The translations under genes were made by a program, and so were the position numbers. From Bugula neritina (lineage: Eukaryota > Animalia > Bryozoa), in contig OZ037766.1 in assembly GCA_964035545.1 (NCBI GenBank), positions 32,850,773-32,914,772 of the forward strand: a stretch of DNA of 64,000 nt, in the 5' to 3' direction. Shown one piece after another: positions 54,862-64,000 of the stretch (position 1 is its first letter; each line of letters starts with the position of its first letter). The notes under the pieces are model-generated. The model had not been told where the DNA came from and searched no databases. It saw only the letters and a list, made by a program, of their open reading frames with translations.

Positions 54862-55070
54862 AGTATTTATATGTATATGTGTTTTTGTCTACAATATTAT
54901 ACAATATTTATATGTATATGTGTTTTTGTCTACAATATTATACAATATTTATATGTATATGTGTTTTTGTCTACAATATTATACAATATTTATATGTATA
55001 TGTGTTTTTGTCTACAATATTATACAATATTTATATGTATATGTGTTTTTGTCTACAATATTATACAATT
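54862..55070. repeat. 41-bp tandem repeat x5
   Basis: ATTTATATGTATATGTGTTTTTGTCTACAATATTATACAAT. Confidence 0.92.
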
Positions 55071-57293
55071 TTTAAACAATTGACATTTGTCGAACTACAC
55101 CGACTTGTCTTAACTCAATAAGTATTTTTTCTAAGCAACTTTTTGTTGATGTATTTAACAAAAATGCTAATTTTTAATATACTATATACTTTTAATATAC
55201 TTTTAAATTATAATATTATATAAAATGAATCTTATTTCCTTGACTTTTTGTGTGAAGCATTTACTCAATAAATTTTTAGAGTGTAATTTGAATTCATGTG
55301 CTTTTCACATCGAGTTTATAGTTATAAAACATCTCAAGAAAGATCTAGAATCATGAGTCAACTTTTGGAAATTGGAAATTCCAAAACGTAGTTTTGACAC
55401 AGACTAATAATACAGCAGGAATAGTTAAAACGATAAAGCTTGTATGTTGCAATAGATTATTTCTTTTTACAAAAGAATGGCTTATAAAAATCAATAGGTG
55501 ATAATGTTTCACAATATATCAGTAGTTAGTAAAGACAGCTGATAGTAAACATTTAAAGTAAATTAAGTTAATACTGATGATGGTCAGGTAAAGTATAACT
55601 GAAAGTTTCTGTGGGGAATATTGTATAACAAATAATATATAGAGCATAACTCTAAATAGTATAAAACATAACTACAAATAGCATTTTATAGAACATAACC
55701 CAAAGCAAACAAAAGTATGGCTGAATGATAATTTATAATTATCACAGTGAAGAATCATCTATTAGTTTATGACATTAAATAATGTGCTGCTGTGAATATT
55801 TACATTGTTAGACTGTTGATATTTAATTTGAACCAAGATAAGGAGTGAAATGATAATATGCAACACATCTTTTTCATATGAGTTTAATACTTTAGGCAAC
55901 TTTTATTGTATGTTATGGAAAATCTTTTTACTGCTGTGCTCTGTGGCAACATGGCTTTGTTTACTTAAGGAGTTCACTTCAATCAATTCATTTGAATGCC
56001 TACTATACTACATGTATATAAATGCATCATAGATAATACATAGCTATCAGTAACGCCACTTCTTCATCTGAACACAGCAGACCCTTTCTCTAAACTCTAA
56101 AGTTATTCATGCATATATAAATTATATACAAAGTTATTGTAGAAACCTTATTCTTCTATAAAAATATTTTACTGGAAAATGCGAAATTAGCAACAAAGCA
56201 TTTTGAATTACAAATTTTAAATAATAACTTACAATATTTCTATGGTATAACATCATAATAATATATTATAATAATAGAATACAATTTAACAAATTTATGA
56301 ATATGACTATAATAATATAGTGTAATATAAATATAAATGTTGGAGTTGATAATAGAGAGTACTGGTTAGCCGTCTTCAAGGACACTCCATTGCCTTGTGG
56401 GTTAAGCTATAAGTATGGCAGCATATCTGTTTCTAGTTAAGTTAAATCAGTGATACTAAAATGTTATTTTTATGCTTTAATTTATAGAACTTCAAATATT
56501 GTATAGTTTTTCAGTATAAACAGTGTTTATTTGTGTTTTTGTCTACAATAATATTATTATACAGTTTTTGAACAGTTGAAGATAATTTCTATTTACAAAA
56601 GAATGGCTTATAAAAATCAATAGGTGATTATAATGTTTCACAAAATATCAGTAGTTAGTAAAGACAGCTGATAGTAAACGTTTAAAGGTAAATTATGTTA
56701 AAACTGATGATGGTCAGCCAAAGCATAACTGAAAGTTTCCATGGGGAATATTGTATAACAAATAATATATAGAACATAACTCTAAATGGCAAATAGAACA
56801 TAACTCCGAATAACATTTTATAGAGCATAACTCCAAATAGCATGTTATAGAAAATAACTCCAAAAGCATGTCATAGAGCATAACTCCAAACAACATTTTA
56901 TAGAGCATAACTGAAAGGAAATAAAAATATCGCAGATTGATAATGTATAAATATTAGTTCAATGCCAACCTCAAGAGAGATGTAATACCTATTTAAAGAT
57001 GTGCTCCTGTGAAAACTTTCATCTGCAGACTGTTGGTATATTATTATAGTCATATGTTTGTTGTTATTTCAACTTATTACCACTAAATGCACTTTCTTGA
57101 AACAAGATGAGTGATAAAAAACCAGTTTGAAATAATGTTGTGCAACCCTTCACATGGGTTCAATATTTCAAATAAATTATATTGCGTGTTATAACTGAGC
57201 GCTTTCGTAACATAACAATCTCACTTTCAATAGGGAAGATATAAAACTGCACAAGGATATAATGATATGATAAAAGAGTAAAATATATGCAAT

Positions 57294-57890
57294 GTAAGTA
57301 CTCCTGTACTCTGTATGTAAGTACTCCTGTACTCTGTATGTAAGTACTCCTGTACTCTGTATGTAAGTACTCCTGTACTCTGTATGTAAGTACTCCTGTA
57401 CTCTGTATGTAAGTACTCCTGTACTCTGTGTGTAAGTACTCCTGTACTCTGTATGTAAGTACTCCTGTACTCTGTGTGTAAGTACTCTTGTACTCTGTGT
57501 GTAAGTACTCCTGTACTCTGTATGTAAGTACTCCTGTACTCTGTGTGTAAGTACTCCTGTACTCTGTATGTAAGTACTCCTGTACTCTGTATGTAAGTAC
57601 TCCTGTACTCTGTGTGTAAGTACTCCTGTACTCTGTATGTAAGTACTCCTGTACTCTGTGTGTAAGTACTCTTGTACTCTGTGTGTAAGTACTCCTGTAC
57701 TCTGTATGTAAGTACTCCTGTACTCTGTATGTATAAGTACTCCTGTACTCTGTATGTAAGTACTCTTGTACTCTGTATGTAAGTACTCCTGTACTCTGTA
57801 TGTAAGTACTCCTGTACTCTGTGTGTAAGTACTCCTGTACTCTGTATGTAAGTACTCCTGTACTCTGTGTGTAAGTACTCTTGTACTATG
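57294..57890. repeat. 23-bp minisatellite, ~26 copies, each beginning with GTAAGT
   Basis: GTAAGTACTCCTGTACTCTGT(A/G)T; explains the spurious 234-aa minus-strand ORF. Confidence 0.95.
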
Positions 57891-58512
57891 TTAAGTTTTG
57901 TTTTAAGCAATATACTGACTTTGTTAGACAATTAGATAGAGGAGTTTGTTTCTCTTGTTGCTAAGATACAGTCATGCAACTATATTCCGTGTTAATGATG
58001 GGACAACTCTTTAAGAAGTTGTTATGAACATATTGAGTCATACTTCATATCATATTATTATAATATAATATAATATATTCATATAATATCTTTCAAGTAT
58101 AACTTTTATTTCTTATCAAATTAAAAAGTTGCAGAAACTTTTAACATGCGAATATTGCAACAATTAGGACACCCACACTATCAAATAATACAATACAGTA
58201 CAATATAGTGCAGATCATATCACAGTCGTACCATGTCACAACATGCCTTATCAGAGACATCATATCATGTTTGAGCATCATTCACTGAGACACCCATTAG
58301 TCAATACACGAACCAACTGGGTGTAGCAAGTTATAAGTTGTCAGTAAATGGAGCACCCACAGCCTCTCATCTTTTGAATCACACAGCTATAGCATGCTAT
58401 AAGACTATTGGTTTAATAAAATAAGATAGGCGGAGCTTACATTAGGCAGCCAATAGTTAATGAGTGTAGAAGTTAGATATTTAAGGAGCTACCTACCAGG
58501 CCCTCTTTACAG

Positions 58513-59070
58513 ATGGAAATCCAAAACAGAGAACAAACATCCTTTCAGTTAGTTCGCACTCTTGCTACTATACTTTTAAAAACAGCAGACCTCGAAGCTG
58601 CAGATTCTTCCAACAGGGGGCAAGTTATGATTGTATATCAGTTTAAAATAAAGAGTGAAAGAGGCAGTGCCTTCTATACCTTAGATTTAGATTCATTTAA
58701 AAAGAGTACATTTAAAAATATACTAATTAGAGATGAATTTTCTGAATCATTGAAATCTAAAATAAAACAACGCTTTCCTAATTTAAAAAATAAAGAAAAA
58801 GTTCATACTGAAATCCAATTGGTGTGGGACGATAACATCAGTGTTCCCAGCAACAGTGTGCTTGTAATATACTCTTATTATATTCCCTGTGCTGGGAATA
58901 GGTGCAGTTTTGTATCATGCGCCGAGGAATTGGTTAAGTATGCAAAAAAAATAAATTTAAAAATAATAATTGGTTACCATAAATTTCATCGTAATACAGA
59001 TAACTACAAATCCCTAGAAATATTAAAAAATGGAAATATAGAAGTATTTCATTTAGCTGATTTAAATTAG
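58513..59070 (+). CDS. AID/APOBEC-like zinc-dependent deaminase, paralog 2 (185 aa)
   Basis: VHTE (58804-58812), then x24, then IYSYYIPCAGNRCSFVSCAE...IIIGY. The ATG follows a strong acceptor CCCTCTTTACAG, and AATAAA signals lie just downstream. Confidence 0.8.
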   Translation: MEIQNREQTSFQLVRTLATILLKTADLEAADSSNRGQVMIVYQFKIKSERGSAFYTLDLDSFKKSTFKNILIRDEFSESLKSKIKQRFPNLKNKEKVHTEIQLVWDDNISVPSNSVLVIYSYYIPCAGNRCSFVSCAEELVKYAKKINLKIIIGYHKFHRNTDNYKSLEILKNGNIEVFHLADLN

Positions 59071-59294
59071 ATTAAATCTATAATAAAATAAATAAATGTA
59101 ATAAAAATACAGTAAATAATTAATTTAAATTGAACAATAGTTCCTCATCACTTGCTCCTCATTTTTTTTCTCAATTATTTAAACAAAATATGTTTAAATA
59201 ATTGACTGCTGCTTTGAAGTCAGAAAGGTTGTTTGTTTGCTGACTTGGATTTAAAAGGACTTTTACAGTACACTGCTATTGTAAGAGTCTCCAT

Positions 59295-59612
59295 CTGTCG
59301 TGGAACATAGGCCTAGTGGGGAACCGCCATTTAAAAGGAGGTTTACATTACATATGTGCAGTATGTATTGTGAAATTATCTATCTATAGTGGAACATAGG
59401 CCTACTGGGGAACGTCACCACTTAGAAGGGAGCTTACCATGCATATGTACAGTATGTATTGTGAAAGTCACTATCTAAAGTGGAGTATAGCCCTAGTGGG
59501 AAACGTTGCCACTTAGAAGAAAGTTTATAGTACATATGTACAGTGTGTATTATGAAATTTACTATCTAAAGTGGAGCATATACCTACTGGGGAACCGCCA
59601 CTAAAAAGGGTA
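59295..59612. repeat. ~90-bp diverged tandem repeat, ~4 copies
   Basis: GTGGAACATAGGCCTA(G/C)TGGGGAAC..CCAC/TTTA(G/A)AAGG recurs at ~59300, 59389, 59480 and 59571. Confidence 0.8.
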
Positions 59613-59689
59613 GTGCGCCAATGTACCAACCTCAGAGGTGGTGTGGAATCGGTACACAGGTCATATAGCCTGATGAATAGCAATGATAC

Positions 59690-60298
59690 TTTAGTTGTGA
59701 CACCTTAGTTATGACACCTTAGTTGTGAGACCTTAGTTGTGACACCTTAGTTGTGACACCTCAGCTATGACACCTTAGTTATGACACTTAGTTGCGATAC
59801 CTTAGCTGTGACACCTTAGTTATGACATCTTAGTTGTGATACCTTAGCTGTGACACCTTAGTTGTGACACCTTAGTTGTGACACCTCAGCTATGACACCT
59901 TAGTTATGACACATAGTTGTGACACCTTAGTGTGACACCTTAGTTGTGACACCTTAGTTATGACATCTTAGTTGTGATACCTTAGCTGTGACACCTTAGT
60001 TATGACATCTTAGTTGTGATACCTTAGCTGTGACACCTTAGCTGTGACACCTTAGTTGTGACACTTTAGTGGTGACACCTCAGGTGTGACACCTCAGTTA
60101 TGACACCTTAGTTGTGACACCTCAGCTATGACACCTTAGTTATGACACCTTAGTGGTGACACCTTAGTTGTGACACCTTAGTTGTGACAACACCTTAGTT
60201 GTGACACCTTAGTTTTGACACCTTAGTTGTGACACCCTAATTGTGACACCTTAGTGTGACACCTTAGTGTGACACCTCAGTTGTGACACCTTAGTTGG
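59690..60298. repeat. 14-bp minisatellite, ~43 copies
   Basis: GACACCTTAGTTGT. Confidence 0.95.
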
Positions 60299-60679
60299 AC
60301 GGCAGATACTGGGGAAATGCTCTTACAACACATCTATGCTGGCCGACAGCTTTGCTCTCTCAAATTCCAATGTAAAGTGGTAGAATTCTGTCTCATATTA
60401 TTATGTCTTAAGTTTTTGTTTTGGTATTTAGCTTTTGAAATATTCAACAACAAACAAATAATATTATGCTGTAAATATCCGCATGCTGAAAGAAAACCTT
60501 AAATGTCCATACTTTCCTTACCAACCTTTGCCTGAGTACTTTCTATGAAAAGTAGTTAACTTTTATTGTGTTTGATGAGTGGCTACCTCTAGACAAATGT
60601 CAAATCAAATAGCACACTATATTCTTTTGCTGAGTAGATATTGCCGACATAGTTTATTTACAGTAAAGTATATAATATA

Positions 60680-61697
60680 GGGGAGAGTGTGGGGCTAGTT
60701 GGACCACATGCTCTAAATTTCCTTCTTTAAATCGTTACACTATTTTACCTCCTTTACTTAAGAGGGTGTTAGGTGAGCTACCTGCGCAGATGTCTTGAAA
60801 TATATGGAATCAAAACAGAAGTTTTCAGGTGAGTATTTTTCACATTTTTTGCATAAAAATTGAGCAAATTAAGAGTTCATTTGTTCATAAAAAGTTGCAT
60901 AGATTCCCAAATGTCATTAGCCCAGTCAAGTAATTTCAGGCATGTGTATTGTCAACATGATTTCAAAGTTGAGCAATTCAAATATTCTACAAATGTTTTT
61001 AGAATGATGAAAAACTGCATATGAAAAGCAAACAGGGAACCAAATAAGGAGAGCCTAACTACAGCAATGAATATGGTAAAGCAAGGCAGTGGGGTAAATC
61101 AACCACCATTAAGTTGAGATCCCTCAAACAGCCCTCTTATATGAAAGTAGATTATGGTCAGCCATGCTATGTATTTTCTGATGTCATATGAGAGGACCCA
61201 CTTCATTATATTTGTATAAACTTGTTGAAGAATAAATTATGAAAAGACAACTTTTAAAAGTTTTCCTATACCTGCTGCTGTTTGGGTTTTGAAGCATCTT
61301 CTGTATTGCCTATCTTTGAGGTGTTAAATGGTTACAATGACATCACATCCAGAGCTTCTGTTATTTGTTTATGCCCATTTAATTTTATTTTTCATGTTTT
61401 TTTTAATAAATCACTTTTCAGTTTGCTAAATGGTAAAAACAATTTAGTTATGAGATGATGACACTGATTCAGCTTTCCCACAGTGCGATTCAAATTGCCT
61501 CCTACCGGGCTGGTTGTGCCAAAAAATGGGCTCTATCTTGTTGAATAAGTGTTTATGCATTTGATTTCAAAGGACAAAGACAGCAACACATGACTGACTT
61601 TCATGGTGTTGGTCTTTAGATTAGCAATACATTTCTTCAAAACCTATAATGCTTAAAAACGAAATCTTTGGTTTAATTAACTAGCCCCATCCTCCTC
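60680..61697 (+). mobile_element. Decayed pogo/Tigger-like (Tc1/mariner superfamily) DNA transposon
   Basis: Imperfect TIRs GGGGAGAGTGTGGGGCTAGTT / AACTAGCCCCATCCTCCTC, both flanked by TA. Internal relic NKESLTTAMNMVKQGSGVNQ...EIPQTAL (~61040-61137) resembles a pipsqueak HTH. Confidence 0.65.
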
Positions 61698-61758
61698 TAC
61701 ACTACAGCTGTTATGATAATCATAATGTGATTAATATAAATTATATAAGTGTAACTTA

Positions 61759-64000
61759 TAAGGTCACGGTAAAACTGATAATAACAAAATATTTGAAAAA
61801 TCAATAAAGTAATATAAAATAAGTCATAACTTTCCACAGTAATAATCTACCAGTCATATTTAACAGCACTCAACAATAATATTCTGGAAATAAAGTAAAT
61901 TGTGTTTCCATATAACAACTCTATACTAAAAAAATATATATGGTATACAAATTTGATAAAGAAATTGTCATAGCTGTTTAACTTGTATATATCTTTGGTT
62001 TGAATTCAAGATATAAAAGCAGTAAATTTAGAGATGAACCTTATAGCTTCTAATACCTCAACAAATAAGACACATGTATTATTTATATTACACCACTGCA
62101 GTGTTGGAGTGTCACTATCAGTAGAGATACAATATTGTGTTCAAGTTGGTCTGTATTATGCTGATATATGCCCCTTATATATTTCAACCATACCCACAGT
62201 AACTTGATGAGCTTGTCCACATGAAATGGGCTAAACTCTAATGCTTTACTGTCTATGATAGAGTATAACTGAAAGTGAATAAAGGCCTCTCTGAGTGATG
62301 ATGTGTGACTATTCAGTGAAGAAGCATGTATTAGTTCAGTGACATTCAATAGTGTGCTGCTGTGAATATTTACATTGTTAGACTGTTGATATTTAATTAG
62401 TCATATGTTTGTCTTTACTTCAACATGTGATTTCTAAATGCACTTTTTTGAGACAAGATGAGGAGTGAAATAAAAATTTTTTGCAACATGAATTTTTTTG
62501 TGCAATCAATTTCTCTTTCATATGGATTCAATATTTTAGGCAACTTATATTGTATGTTACAAAAAACATTTTTACTGCTCTATTCTGTGGGAACATGTTC
62601 ACTTAATCAGTTCACTTCAAACAATTCATTTGAATGCTGACTATGTAAATGCATCATAAATAATACATAATGCCACTTTTCTATGTCAACACAGCAGACC
62701 CTTTCTCTAAACCCACAAGTTATCCATGCATATAGACTATACAAGTTTAATATAGAAACCTGATTCTTCTATAGAAAATCTATTAGTTTAGCAGCTGTCT
62801 CTGTGGCAACATGGCGTTGTTTACTTACTGTGTCAATAGAGTCACTTTAATCAATCTATTTGAATGCTAACTTATAGGTTATGTAAAGTCATTGTATAGA
62901 TTATTGATTCTATCTTTTGCTTTATTACTGTACTTAGTGTAGCCACACTATTGATGTAAAGCATTTTCATCCACTTGAATTACAAAAAAAACTTTTGAAT
63001 GCCTTCCTACCAGTCTGCTGCTGCTGCTTGAGTTTTAAAGCGTCTTCTGCATCTCCCTATCTTTGAAATGTTAAATAGTTACAATGACATATCACATTTA
63101 GAGTTTCTGTTACTTGTTTATGCCCATTTAATTTTATTTTTCATGCTTTCTTTGCTAATCTTTAATAAATCATTTTTTAATTTGTAAGGTCACGGTAAAA
63201 CTAATAATAACAAAAGATTTAAAAGATCAATAAAGTTATAAAAAATAACTCATAACTTTCCACAGTAATAATCTACATGCAGTCATATTTAAAAGCACTC
63301 AACAATGATATTCCAGAAATAAAGTAAATTGTTTTTGCGTAACAACTCGTCACCACAGTTAATATCTGTAGCATGGAAACTTGATAAAGAAATTGTCATA
63401 TAGCTATTAAACTTGCATATATCATTGGTGTGAATTCAGGATAAAAGCAGTAAATTTAGAGATGAACCTTATAGCTTCTAATACCTCAACAAATAAGTCA
63501 CATGTATTATTTATATTACACCACTGCAGTGTTGGGGTGTCACTGTCAGTAGAGATACAATATTGTGTCAAGTTGATCTGTATTATGCTAATATATGCCC
63601 CTTATATTTCAACCATACCCACAGTAACTTGATGAGCTTGTCCACATGAAATGGGCTAAACTCTAATGTTTTACTGTCTATTATAGAGCATAACTGAAAT
63701 TGAATAAAGGTCTCTCTGTGTGATGATGTGTGACTATTCAGTGAAGAAGCATGTATTAGTTCAGTGACATTCAATAGTGTGCTGCTGTGAATATTTACAT
63801 TGTTAGACTGTTGATATTTAATTAGTCATATGTTTGTCTTTACTTCAACATGTGATTTCTAAATGCACTTTTTTGAGACAAGATGAGGAGTGAAATAAAA
63901 ATTTTTTGCAACATGAATTTTTTTGTGCAATCAATTTCTCTTTCATATGGATTCAATATTTTAGGCAACTTATATTGTATGTTACAAAAAAAAAACATTT
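61759..64000. repeat. Direct segmental duplication, ~1.43-kb offset (61759-62575 vs 63185-64000, runs off the window)
   Basis: TAAGGTCACGGTAAAACT at 61759 and 63185; matching spurious ORFs start at 62349 and 63774. Confidence 0.92.

Noticed and set aside
57227-57931. 234-aa minus-strand ORF
   Set aside because: 23-bp tandem repeat with no stop in that frame.
59295-60298. CRISPR-like appearance of repeats near the deaminase
   Set aside because: Units are contiguous or have homologous spacers, there are no cas genes, and the context is eukaryotic.
62083-63774. Duplicated MNVTELIHASS ORFs
   Set aside because: Non-ATG starts, different frame ends between copies and no motif; by-products of the segmental duplication.

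Overview
AT-rich eukaryotic (invertebrate animal) genomic DNA with spliced genes whose introns are filled with many unrelated minisatellites; the style suggests a lophotrochozoan such as a bryozoan, which is an unverified inference. About 1-11 kb has no supportable gene. I assembled seven multi-exon genes by hand from GT-AG sites and reading-frame continuity: a Methuselah-like/secretin-family GPCR with an SMB-like Cys-rich ectodomain (+), OHCU decarboxylase URAD (-), a BtpA/SgcQ-family protein (-), a tetraspanin (+), a LicD/fukutin-family protein (-), YEATS4/GAS41 (+) and a large uncharacterised protein (-). The main candidate for a new system lies in the duplication-rich right end (53-64 kb): two divergent paralogous ORFs, each with an uninterrupted coding sequence (53622-54386 and 58513-59070). 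They encode AID/APOBEC-like zinc-dependent deaminases with an atypical H-T-E-x23/24-P-C-x9-C motif. A structured, possibly ribozyme-like retroelement fragment overlaps the stop codon of the first ORF. Also notable are a tetraspanin whose large extracellular loop carries a ~115-aa Thr-rich mucin stalk plus a furin site (RKKR), tandem repeats that duplicate a stop codon or splice sites, and a CLEAR/E-box cluster in a bidirectional promoter. All exon boundaries are manual and need RNA confirmation.
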